From the NCBI GenBank assembly GCA_029856635.1, contig JAHKLH010000006.1:1-19605 (forward strand): a DNA stretch of 19,605 bases, written 5' to 3'. The notes under the pieces were generated by a model. It worked only from the letters and a program-made list of their open reading frames with translations. It was not told the DNA's origin and did no database searches. A program made the position numbers and the translations under genes. This DNA comes from Candidatus Njordarchaeota archaeon (GTDB taxonomy: Archaea > Asgardarchaeota > Njordarchaeia > Njordarchaeales > JAHKLH01). Shown here one piece after another: positions 1 to 7,627 of this stretch (position 1 is the first letter of the stretch; each line of letters opens with the position of its first letter).

Positions 1-22
1 TCTCTAATTAACGGAATATTGA

Positions 23-96
23 GCGCGGGTGGTCGAGGGGTAAGATGCCGGCCTGCCAAGCCGGTGACGCGGGTTCGAATCCCGCCCCGCGCACCA
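23..96 (+). tRNA. tRNA-Gly (anticodon GCC), with genomically encoded CCA
   Basis: Cloverleaf read by eye. Acceptor stem GCGCGGG (23-29) pairs with CCCGCGC (86-92). Anticodon stem CCGGC (48-52) pairs with GCCGG (60-64); loop CUGCCAA gives anticodon GCC. T arm GCGGG-UUCGAAU-CCCGC (69-85). 4-nt variable loop, discriminator A93, CCA at 94-96. No intron. Confidence 0.93.
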
Positions 97-100
97 AATT

Positions 101-108
101 CTTTTTTG
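101..108 (+). terminator. Oligo-T tract downstream of tRNA-Gly (candidate archaeal terminator)
   Basis: cTTTTTTg run directly after the tRNA 3' end. Archaeal RNA polymerase typically terminates at T-runs. Confidence 0.35.
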
Positions 109-149
109 TGTATAATGTAATTCTTACTTTGATTGCTTGGTGTTAATCT

Positions 150-860
150 TTGGAAGAAAGAGAGAAACAAGTATTTGTTTTGATTGAATACCAAGGAAGT
201 TACAATATTGGGGCTTTCATAAGAGCTTCAAATAAGTACGTTCTTGTCCCCCCTGACTTAGAAGACAAATATGTTACCGCAATCGAAAGAGTTATGAATG
301 CTCCGGTTTATAAGCTCGAAATAATGGAATCGCCACTTTTGGGCTTATACGTGGTAGGGAATTCTCATGGTGTCATTCTTCCTCATGATGCGTCAGATGA
401 TGACGTTAAGCTGTTCAAAGAAACATTGAATCTCCCGGTTGAGAGAGTAAAATTCGTTGGATACGAGAATGCTCTTGCGAATATATTTCTGGTCAATGAT
501 AAGGGTGGTGTTGTACATAGTAAATTTTTTGAAAGAAACAAAGAAAACATCAAAATCATAGAGGATGTACTCGACATTGAAATTGTTCCACATGACTTCT
601 CTTTCGATGTTGTGGGCTCTGCATGTGTGGCTACAAATAAGGGTTGTTTATGTCATCCTTTAATGAAAGAAGATGAACTACGTGTGATAAGTGATGTTCT
701 TAAAGTCAATGCTATTGCACAAGGTTCAGTAAATATGGGAATGGGTTTCATAGGAATAGGCATGGTTGCTAATGACTCAGGGATTATAGCTGGATTAAAG
801 ACAACAGGTATTGAGTTATCCCGTGCCTATACAGTACTAGTCCTTGGACGTGCTATCTAG
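150..860 (+). CDS. eif6: Translation initiation factor 6 (aIF6/eIF6)
   Basis: Provided ORF with a TTG start. Full-length resemblance to the archaeal aIF6 family, for example ...YQGSYNIGAFI..., ...LANIFLVNDKGGVVH..., ...VATNKGCLCHPLMKEDEL... The length of about 230 aa is typical. Confidence 0.9.
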   Translation: MEEREKQVFVLIEYQGSYNIGAFIRASNKYVLVPPDLEDKYVTAIERVMNAPVYKLEIMESPLLGLYVVGNSHGVILPHDASDDDVKLFKETLNLPVERVKFVGYENALANIFLVNDKGGVVHSKFFERNKENIKIIEDVLDIEIVPHDFSFDVVGSACVATNKGCLCHPLMKEDELRVISDVLKVNAIAQGSVNMGMGFIGIGMVANDSGIIAGLKTTGIELSRAYTVLVLGRAI

Positions 861-874
861 GTTTTTCGGTTTTT

Positions 875-930
875 AATTCAGACGGGCTACAGGTCATCAC
901 ACTTCAGTAACGCCAGGAGTCATCATCCAC
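875..930 (-). ncRNA. C/D box sRNA (2'-O-methylation guide), sRNA-1
   Basis: Minus-strand read: ggAUGAUGA (C, 926-920), 12-nt guide CUCCUGGCGUUA, CUGA (D', 907-904), AGU, GUGAUGA (C', 900-894), 12-nt guide CCUGUAGCCCGU, CUGA (D, 881-878). Exact archaeal C-12-D'-3-C'-12-D architecture. End coordinates are approximate. Confidence 0.82.
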
Positions 931-948
931 CAAAATATAGAGTCACTA

Positions 949-958
949 CATTTTTAAA
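949..958 (-). promoter_or_regulatory. Candidate TATA box for sRNA-1 (TTTAAAAATG)
   Basis: An A/T box lies about 20 nt upstream of the sRNA 5' region. The same TTAAAA(A)TG core occurs upstream of the other two C/D sRNAs. Confidence 0.4.
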
Positions 959-1347
959 TGTTACTCATTTCTTGCTCGTATAAAAATTTTGGTGATTTTA
1001 AAGTGAAGAAAAATTTGTATGAGATGCGAATTTTCATGTTAGATTTGTCTGATATAATTTTTGAACTTATTGATAATAACTTAGTTAATTTTAAAAAGAA
1101 GCTTGCTGAACTTATTCCAAAGCTTATTGATTGTTTAGAAAGAAATGAGGAAGCATGCATTAAAAATAATGTTGCTGAACTTTTCTATATAATCTCAGAG
1201 TTTAGTGGGTTTCTTTCAAAAGAAAGTTTTAAGCGTTTCGCGGAATTAAAGAAAGAATCTGCTAGATTGGCGAAATATGCATTATCTGATGAAAGGATTA
1301 GAAGAATGCTTATTTCTTTCTTTTTTGGTCTTTTAGAGGAAACTTAA
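958..1347 (+). CDS. Hypothetical small helical protein (start uncertain; ATG at 1024 is an alternative)
   Basis: Provided ORF with K/E/I/L-rich composition like neighbouring genes. I recognise no family. The annotated ATG overlaps the putative sRNA-1 TATA box. Confidence 0.45.
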   Translation: MLLISCSYKNFGDFKVKKNLYEMRIFMLDLSDIIFELIDNNLVNFKKKLAELIPKLIDCLERNEEACIKNNVAELFYIISEFSGFLSKESFKRFAELKKESARLAKYALSDERIRRMLISFFFGLLEET

Positions 1348-1404
1348 GAATCAGAGCTGGCGCCTGTCATCATTTTTTCAGCGTAAACCTCCCTCATCAT
1401 CCAA
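1348..1404 (-). ncRNA. C/D box sRNA, sRNA-2
   Basis: Minus-strand read: ggAUGAUGA (C, 1400-1394), 12-nt guide GGGAGGUUUACG, CUGA (D', 1381-1378), AAAA, AUGAUGA (C', 1373-1367), 12-nt guide CAGGCGCCAGCU, CUGA (D, 1354-1351). End coordinates are approximate. Confidence 0.82.
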
Positions 1405-1422
1405 AAGATAAAACGCATTGTG

Positions 1423-1431
1423 CATTTTAAG
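1423..1431 (-). promoter_or_regulatory. Candidate TATA box for sRNA-2 (CTTAAAATG)
   Basis: A/T box about 20 nt upstream of the sRNA-2 5' region, between the MgtC-like gene stop and the sRNA. Confidence 0.35.
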
Positions 1432-1475
1432 AATGTCTTTCTTAATATCTCGATAATTGTCCAGCGTGGAAATGG

Positions 1476-2810
1476 CTATATTACAATTAAACTAAATACC
1501 AAAAGCAAGGTAATCAAAAGTATCACACTAACAGCAATGCTAAGAAGCAATTTACCAGATGCTCCTGCGAGTTTAGTCCAAAATATCTTATTTCCGACGG
1601 CTGATGCAGTTCCTGCAATGATTCCCATTATTGCTAAACGATCCGAAATGATTCCACTTGTAAAAAGAGTAATTGCACTTAATGCTACTCCGAGATTACT
1701 TACAAATCCACCTATTGTACAAGCAAGAATGAAGCCGACATTTGGAATTATCTGTTGGATCGCAATGATGAAAAATACAACGCCCGCGAAAGTTGCTGTA
1801 AACTTAATCGCCGAACCCCATTTAAGAGGATTTTCAAGGATAATTTTCTCTCTTATTTCTGGTATTTCTGGAGTTTTACGAGAGATCAAAAGGGAGATCA
1901 ACATACCAATCATAGCTGTTGGCAATAATATCTCAAAAAGGGGTAAAAGCAAAGTTGTATTCCACGCGAGAATTCCTACTAAAATGAGTGTTCTTAAAAT
2001 CATTGTTGAGTTTGCGAGAATTATTGTTGAACTGAGGAAGATTCGAGATTTACTAGCAAGTTCTGTACTTTTGTCCTTAAAGAAGCTAATGATGTTAACA
2101 GAAGTTGCTTCCGAGTGAGCAAATGATCCTATAATCGTGAAGGTGATAATCCCACGTTTTAATCCAAGGATTCTAACTGCCACGTAAGCGGCAAAACTAA
2201 GTGATAAGACTAAGACGAGAAAAAGGTAAAATATTTGTAAGTTAACAACATGGAATATTGGATCCGTAACTGAGGGGACGATAGGCCAAAGAAAGAAGAA
2301 GAGTAAGCCTATTTCAATTGCAGAGCGTATTTCTTCGTATCTAAGTGACGTCAATATTGTTTCAATTCTTTGCTTAATTGTTAATATAAATACAACAAAA
2401 ACAGTTATAGCTACCGCAAAAAATGCTTGGTTTAAAGCTACAAGTGCTCCAATAAAAAAGGTGAGTGCAAATGCAACAGACGTTGTGACGCCTGGTTCTC
2501 TAAAAAGAGAATATTTGACAAAGCTATAGAAGCCAAGTAGTATTAGAAAACTTGAAATACCTACTATTATTGACCACCACGCGCCGTTTACGTAAAGGTG
2601 AACTGAGAGATATGCAAGTAAAGAGGTGAGACCGAAAGTTCTCACACCTGGTTTTCTTCTTTCCTCATCTTTTATTGCAAGAAATTGTCTTTCTACGCCA
2701 ATAATTGCTCCTAATAAGAACGATAAAAGAGCGCCTATGTATTCATTCTCCAAAATTCCATTCATAAGTCTCACATTTACTTTTGACAATATCTTTAACG
2801 TGATTATCAT
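1476..2810 (-). CDS. MgtC/SapB-family integral membrane protein with DUF4010-like extension
   Basis: Provided 444-aa ORF, polytopic and hydrophobic throughout. The N-terminal motif ...FLLGAIIGVERQ... is typical of the MgtC family. The long multi-TM C-terminal part resembles MgtC+DUF4010 fusions. Confidence 0.7.
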   Translation of the reverse strand: MIITLKILSKVNVRLMNGILENEYIGALLSFLLGAIIGVERQFLAIKDEERRKPGVRTFGLTSLLAYLSVHLYVNGAWWSIIVGISSFLILLGFYSFVKYSLFREPGVTTSVAFALTFFIGALVALNQAFFAVAITVFVVFILTIKQRIETILTSLRYEEIRSAIEIGLLFFFLWPIVPSVTDPIFHVVNLQIFYLFLVLVLSLSFAAYVAVRILGLKRGIITFTIIGSFAHSEATSVNIISFFKDKSTELASKSRIFLSSTIILANSTMILRTLILVGILAWNTTLLLPLFEILLPTAMIGMLISLLISRKTPEIPEIREKIILENPLKWGSAIKFTATFAGVVFFIIAIQQIIPNVGFILACTIGGFVSNLGVALSAITLFTSGIISDRLAIMGIIAGTASAVGNKIFWTKLAGASGKLLLSIAVSVILLITLLLVFSLIVI

Positions 2811-2895
2811 GTGCTTGCTGAATATTACTCTTACATGAGCTTCCTTATAAAAAACCGAGTAATATTCAAGAAGTTAAAAAAATAGGGAGAAATAC

Positions 2896-3645
2896 GTGCG
2901 CATAGTTATATTGAGTAGCGATAATTATTTCAAAAAACACCAGGTATCCTTAGATGAGATCCTATCCTATGGAGAGTATGGAGAATTTCTTGGTGATGCC
3001 ATTTCCAAAGGCTTAAAACCGGTGAAAGCATTAAGAATGCTTTACAAGAATGGAAGTAGTTTTCTTGAGCTTCGAGAACGATTAAAAAAACATGATATAT
3101 CTGTTGAACTCTATTTCATTGCACCATTTGGTGTACTTCGCGAAAACGATTTAATTATTCCTTATGCTCCTAAGCTGAATGAACTAACTATGGAGAAACT
3201 TGCTTTCTTCTTTACGGAAAACAACATTATCGAATGTGTACAAAAAATCTTAGAAGAAGAGCCAGATATAATAATCATTGCATTGCCCTACAAGATAATA
3301 AAAGCACTAGGTGTGCTCAGTTACATTTCTCGTAATACAATTGCTATAATTATCTCTGATAAGGTATCTCCAATGTATGAAAGAAACATTGGATTCCTAG
3401 TAAATAAACCATTTTCTCCAAAAACCTGCGCAACAATAATTTCAAAGTTGCTTAGAAGAATTCTTTGGTTAGCGAAAGAGAATAAAATTAAAGATATTCT
3501 CGCAGAGCGTTCTGCAAATAAACTGATAAGTAATTATTTAGAGGAAAGAAGAGACTTAAGTTTGATGAAATATATTCTTCAAGGGGAAAAGAATGACAAA
3601 AAGGAAAATTGCAATACCCGGAGAAAAGCTTTGTTCAGTGACTAA
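2896..3645 (+). CDS. Hypothetical protein (249 aa), 3' end overlaps the csl4 start by 53 nt
   Basis: Provided ORF with a GTG start. No family recognised. Composition is coding-like. Confidence 0.55.
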   Translation: MRIVILSSDNYFKKHQVSLDEILSYGEYGEFLGDAISKGLKPVKALRMLYKNGSSFLELRERLKKHDISVELYFIAPFGVLRENDLIIPYAPKLNELTMEKLAFFFTENNIIECVQKILEEEPDIIIIALPYKIIKALGVLSYISRNTIAIIISDKVSPMYERNIGFLVNKPFSPKTCATIISKLLRRILWLAKENKIKDILAERSANKLISNYLEERRDLSLMKYILQGEKNDKKENCNTRRKALFSD

Positions 3646-4201
3646 AGCTATACCTGGAGAAAACGTGATTGTGAACCGTCAAAAAATATACTCAGTTGCA
3701 TTTGGCGAAGTGATATTAGATAAAGAAAATCACATACATGTTTTTCCATTGCGAGAAGTAAACTTTCCAAGGAAAAATGATTTAGCACTCGGTATTGTGT
3801 ATAACACTACTGAAATTCTGGTTTGGATACGATTAGTATGCGCTCTCAGAAACAATAAAATAATACCATATAACGGCATATTCACCGGAGTTATTCACAG
3901 GTCACAGACAGGCATGGTGGGCGATCCCCGACAAATTTTTGGACTTGGTGATATTGTACTTACTCGCGTATTAAGTTCAGAGTTTATCCCTTTAATGCTT
4001 TCAACACGGGAACCCGAGACTGGTATCGTTGCGGGCTATTGTAATAAAGATGGAGTTCCTTTAGAAAAAAGAGATGAGCAATTATTTTGTCCATTATGCA
4101 AAAAAACAGTAAGGAAGAAAATGTCTATTCACTATAATTTCAAGCAATTCAGAGCACTTTTCTTTCAGTATTATGAAGTAAAAAGAACATACGTGGTTTA
4201 A
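3593..4201 (+). CDS. csl4: Exosome complex RNA-binding cap subunit Csl4
   Basis: The N-terminal ...IAIPGEKL... segment, a central S1-like segment (...GIVYNTTE...GVIHRSQ...GDIVLTRVLS...) and the C-terminal zinc-ribbon region GIVAGYCNKDG...LFCPLCKK...RKKMS match Csl4 architecture. Confidence 0.8.
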   Translation: MTKRKIAIPGEKLCSVTKAIPGENVIVNRQKIYSVAFGEVILDKENHIHVFPLREVNFPRKNDLALGIVYNTTEILVWIRLVCALRNNKIIPYNGIFTGVIHRSQTGMVGDPRQIFGLGDIVLTRVLSSEFIPLMLSTREPETGIVAGYCNKDGVPLEKRDEQLFCPLCKKTVRKKMSIHYNFKQFRALFFQYYEVKRTYVV

Positions 4202-4456
4202 ATGAACAACATCTTAAAGCTTATTAGTTTAGGTTTCCTGCCACCAAAATTCTCAAAAGAAGAACTAGAATCCACGCTTTTCTACTTAATATGGGATCAA
4301 TTTAGAGGATTCTGTACTTTTGCACAGACGATTACGCTCACTCCGCCAAGATTCTTCTGTAGCAAGCTCAAAAGAGAATGTTCCTTTGATGAGTGCCCAA
4401 TCATAGCCGAAGCACTTCAGCGTTATGAACGCAAATTAAGATTGAGAATGACCTAA
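4202..4456 (+). CDS. Hypothetical 84-aa Cys-containing protein; start abuts the csl4 stop
   Basis: Provided ORF. Its ATG immediately follows the csl4 TAA (TAAATG). Four Cys residues lie in the C-terminal half. No family recognised. Confidence 0.45.
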   Translation: MNNILKLISLGFLPPKFSKEELESTLFYLIWDQFRGFCTFAQTITLTPPRFFCSKLKRECSFDECPIIAEALQRYERKLRLRMT

Positions 4457-4513
4457 GCAAAGGTAGCTCGCACTTTTAAAGCGAATACTTATTTTGTTTT
4501 TGGGCATCACAAA

Positions 4514-5008
4514 ATGGTAGATTATTTAGATTTGATTGTCCGTATTTCCCTTGCCGAAAAACGATTAAAAAAGGTTCTTCGTAAAATGGAAAAGCAACGA
4601 AAAAAATTGTATGAGAATGTCAAAAAAGCAGTTATAGACGGTGATGAATTATCGGCTAGAAATTATGCAACACGTATTGTATCCCTCATAAAGCAAGAAA
4701 GAAAATTACAAAAGTTTCTCGATTACCTAGAACAAGCCAAATTAAGGATCGAGAAAGCACACATTTTGTCAGAACTAGGTGGAGTAATCAGCACTCTCGA
4801 AAAGCTTGAAAGAGTTAGTGGGCTTGAGGATGATCGCTTAGAAGAATTTATGCGAAACTTGGAGTTATCAGAATCCCTTGAGACGCGAGTGGAAGATGAG
4901 GAATTAGTTGAAAAAATAGTACAACAAGCGAAAACTGAATCAATAAAGGAACTGGAGGAGTTGCTTCCTTCACCAGAGGGTGAAAGCATTGAACTCGAAG
5001 AAAAATGA
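4514..5008 (+). CDS. ESCRT-III / CdvB (Snf7-family)-like coiled-coil protein
   Basis: The pattern ...RKMEKQRKKLYENVKKAVIDGDELSARNYATRIVSLIKQERKLQKF...LEQAKLRIEKAHILSELGGVISTLEKL... parallels the alpha1-alpha3 core of crenarchaeal CdvB/ESCRT-III as I recall it. The tail is acidic and ends ...ELLPSPEGE. Confidence 0.68.
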   Translation: MVDYLDLIVRISLAEKRLKKVLRKMEKQRKKLYENVKKAVIDGDELSARNYATRIVSLIKQERKLQKFLDYLEQAKLRIEKAHILSELGGVISTLEKLERVSGLEDDRLEEFMRNLELSESLETRVEDEELVEKIVQQAKTESIKELEELLPSPEGESIELEEK

Positions 5009-5579
5009 AAAAAAGAAAGAGTACATCAGCAAATTTGAAAGTGAGTTAGACAAATACGTAAAGAAGGAAAAAGAAAAGATGCTTCGATCACTTATTTCCC
5101 TTTATTACCGATTAAAAGAAAAAGGAACTGTAGGTACGAAAGTAGGATCAATTTTACTTCATCTTAGACTTAGAATAGAGGGGTTTACGCGAGAAGATGA
5201 ATCTGTAAGAAGTCTAGAGCATTTTTTGCTTGAGATAATTGATGCGCTGGAAGGTGTAGCAAGTTTACGTGAAATTATGGTTGAAATGAATAAAAAAGGG
5301 TGGAAAATCCGCACTAATGACTTGCTAACGATTATTTATAATCTAGCTAGAAGAGGTATTTTCTCAGTTATGGGAGGCGTTGTTGTAAAAGGTAATATAA
5401 CTGAAACTAGATTAACGAATAAAATCATCAAAGAGTTGCACACTTCTCCAATAACGATTGAACAATTAGCGCAAAAATTACAAAGGGACGTGAATGTTAT
5501 ACATGCCATCGTGAATTCGCTAAAACGAATGGGGATCATAACCATGGGAGAAAATGGGAAAATTCTTCTAGTTAGATGA
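4980..5579 (+). CDS. Tandem winged-helix protein (ESCRT-II Vps25/EAP30-like or CdvB-wH-like; function unresolved)
   Basis: Provided ORF. There are two consecutive wH-like segments (...SLREIMVEMNKKGWKIRTNDLLTIIYNLARRGIF... and ...ITIEQLAQKLQRDVNVIHAIVNSLKRMGII...). It overlaps the upstream ESCRT-III-like gene. The start is uncertain: GTG 4980, or TTG 4989 with GAGG 9 nt upstream. Confidence 0.58.
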   Translation: MKALNSKKNEKKKEYISKFESELDKYVKKEKEKMLRSLISLYYRLKEKGTVGTKVGSILLHLRLRIEGFTREDESVRSLEHFLLEIIDALEGVASLREIMVEMNKKGWKIRTNDLLTIIYNLARRGIFSVMGGVVVKGNITETRLTNKIIKELHTSPITIEQLAQKLQRDVNVIHAIVNSLKRMGIITMGENGKILLVR

Positions 5580-6089
5580 TTTCTTCTTTTTCTTCTTACT
5601 TGGTTTTATTATCATAACATCCGCCAAAGTTAATGGACGTGGCTTTTTCAATTTAGCATCGAAAGAAAGAAGTTCAAGCTCTGCAGAAATGTCTTCCCTT
5701 AAATGTATTTTAAGAATTTTCTCCAAACGGTTAACAATTTCTTCTGAGGGAATGGCTTCGTTGTCTTCGATTTTCTTCAGAAATGAAGGTGAAATTGAAA
5801 GCATTTTGGCTAACTTTTCACGTGATAAACCTTTTGCTAAACGCGCTTGCTTTATTTTTTCACCATAATTTTCAACAAGATTAACTCTAAGTTCTATGGG
5901 AATTGTTTGTTTTCTTTCAAGTTTTTTAGGACGAGTTATGGTAATTCTCCTCATCTTTGGTGCTGAGGTAATACGTCGAGCACGAGTCAATTTTGCACAA
6001 TTTTCGCATAGAATTAATGTTGCTCCATTTACCTCGTACACTTTTGGCCTTGAAACAGAGCGACCACATATCTCGCAATAGTAGGGCAT
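5568..6089 (-). CDS. mbf1: Multiprotein bridging factor 1 (archaeal MBF1: N-terminal zinc ribbon plus C-terminal XRE-type HTH)
   Basis: MPYYCEICG...CENC zinc ribbon, plus HTH ...IKQARLAKGLSREKLAKMLSISPSFLKKIE... I trimmed the start to the ATG at 6089, which is preceded by AAGGAG. The TTG at 6107 in the ORF track is less likely. Confidence 0.85.
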   Translation of the reverse strand: MPYYCEICGRSVSRPKVYEVNGATLILCENCAKLTRARRITSAPKMRRITITRPKKLERKQTIPIELRVNLVENYGEKIKQARLAKGLSREKLAKMLSISPSFLKKIEDNEAIPSEEIVNRLEKILKIHLREDISAELELLSFDAKLKKPRPLTLADVMIIKPSKKKKKKSSN

Positions 6090-6127
6090 TATATTTCTCC
6101 TTAACAAAAATAATTAAGGGAAAAATA

Positions 6128-7627
6128 TTGAAGTTAGAAAGACGGTTTTATCAACTTTATATAGTTCATCAAATAAAGAAATGCTTAGAAAGAAACGAGA
6201 ATTGTATTGTGGAATTAGATGCTGGTCTTGGAAAACGTGTTATAATGTATCTTCTTGCAAAACACTTACCAGATAAAAATATCTTGATAATCACACCATC
6301 TAGAGCATCATTGGCGGATACTGCAATATTCTTTGAGGAAATGTCCAGAACTGAGAAGATTAATATGCGATTTGATTACCTAAAGCAAGGTATGCCTCAT
6401 CAACTACGCAAAAAAGTACTCGAAGAAAGCAGAGTAGTGTTATCAACTCCAATAACCCTAACGCGAACATTAAGTCGATATCCTGAATTAGCTCAAAAGT
6501 GGGATTTAGTCATAATTAACGAGGTAGACAAAATTGTTAAGAGAATTGCTTATGCTGAGGAAACTAGTGACATGGAGGATACTGTACCTAGATTAACAAC
6601 TGCTAACAGATTTTCAGTAACAAAAGGAGTAAGAAAAACAAAGCTTACTTATCCATGGAACGAATTAATAAAGCTTATTTCCAAAAAGTGCATAATTGTA
6701 GGAATGAGTGGAACTCTAAGAGATAAACATATAATCCATACGGGTGAGAAAATAACGCTAAAGGATGAGATAAAAACATTACTAGAAACAGTCTTTAGAG
6801 CCAAAAAAACAAAAATAATAACCATGGACGAACTTCTTAAAAAAACAGATGTATGGAGATATACCCAAAAGAATCTAACAATCATACGCACAATAGCTAT
6901 TCATGATGAAAAAATTCAAACCATTGATAGGATACTTTCAGAAGAAATTGAAAGTATTCTCAAAAGATTGGCTAAAAAAGAACATACGAATGATTACACG
7001 GTCATAGAGAAAGCTATTTCTCTCTTGGAAGATGAGCCTACAAAATTTAAATTAATACGTCTTGTCCTTGCTCGAAGGTTCTTAGTTGCAACCTATCCGC
7101 AACACTATATTCAATTTCTGAATAAGTCGTTCATTAAGCAATTATTAGAAAGAAAAACAAATAAGGAGTTCAATGAATTGATTCCAAAAGAATCTTCAAA
7201 AATCAAAAAGCTTTGTGAAATTGTTGAAGCATGGGTTAAACAAGGGTTCAAGGTTGCGATTTTGTCTTCTTTCGTTAGAACTACTCAGCGTATAGCAAAG
7301 GCTCTTAGAGAAAGGAACTTGAAAGTGTTCACACTAACTGGAGCCACATTAGACAAAGAGGAAGTTCTAAGAGAATTCAAAAATAATGGAGACGTACTTT
7401 GCTTTAGCCCAGTTGGCGAGAGAGATATAGATCTTCCCGTGGATGTTCTTATAATCCATGATGTTATTCGTACCACAAAAACGATGTATCAGCGGATGAA
7501 ACGAGGAAGACGTTCATTTGTTTTGATTACTTTTTACAGTGGAACACATGAGGAGCAAAAAGTATCTAGTCTTCTAATTGAAGTTAGGCGAAAATACCCT
7601 TGGACAATTAGAGTTTATAAGGAGTGA
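6128..7627 (+). CDS. SF2 helicase-like protein (Hef/FANCM/ERCC4-helicase-like) with atypical motifs I and II
   Basis: Motif I-like ELDAGLGKR (GKR codons at 6230-6238), motif II-like IINEVD (6518-6529), SGT motif III and motif VI QRMKRGRR (7490-7513). The ORF-track 5' extension overlaps mbf1. An in-frame TTG at 6128 follows AAGGG, and there is no in-frame ATG before 6243. Confidence 0.72.
   Translation: MKLERRFYQLYIVHQIKKCLERNENCIVELDAGLGKRVIMYLLAKHLPDKNILIITPSRASLADTAIFFEEMSRTEKINMRFDYLKQGMPHQLRKKVLEESRVVLSTPITLTRTLSRYPELAQKWDLVIINEVDKIVKRIAYAEETSDMEDTVPRLTTANRFSVTKGVRKTKLTYPWNELIKLISKKCIIVGMSGTLRDKHIIHTGEKITLKDEIKTLLETVFRAKKTKIITMDELLKKTDVWRYTQKNLTIIRTIAIHDEKIQTIDRILSEEIESILKRLAKKEHTNDYTVIEKAISLLEDEPTKFKLIRLVLARRFLVATYPQHYIQFLNKSFIKQLLERKTNKEFNELIPKESSKIKKLCEIVEAWVKQGFKVAILSSFVRTTQRIAKALRERNLKVFTLTGATLDKEEVLREFKNNGDVLCFSPVGERDIDLPVDVLIIHDVIRTTKTMYQRMKRGRRSFVLITFYSGTHEEQKVSSLLIEVRRKYPWTIRVYKE

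Noticed and set aside
1420-2118. 232-aa plus-strand ORF
   Set aside because: It lies entirely antisense to the 444-aa MgtC-like membrane gene. It is a low-complexity shadow of a hydrophobic gene and has no family resemblance.
5993-6127. N-terminal 45 codons of the helicase ORF as given in the track
   Set aside because: This stretch overlaps the confidently assigned mbf1 gene on the other strand. Helicase-like sequence begins only after the in-frame TTG at 6128.
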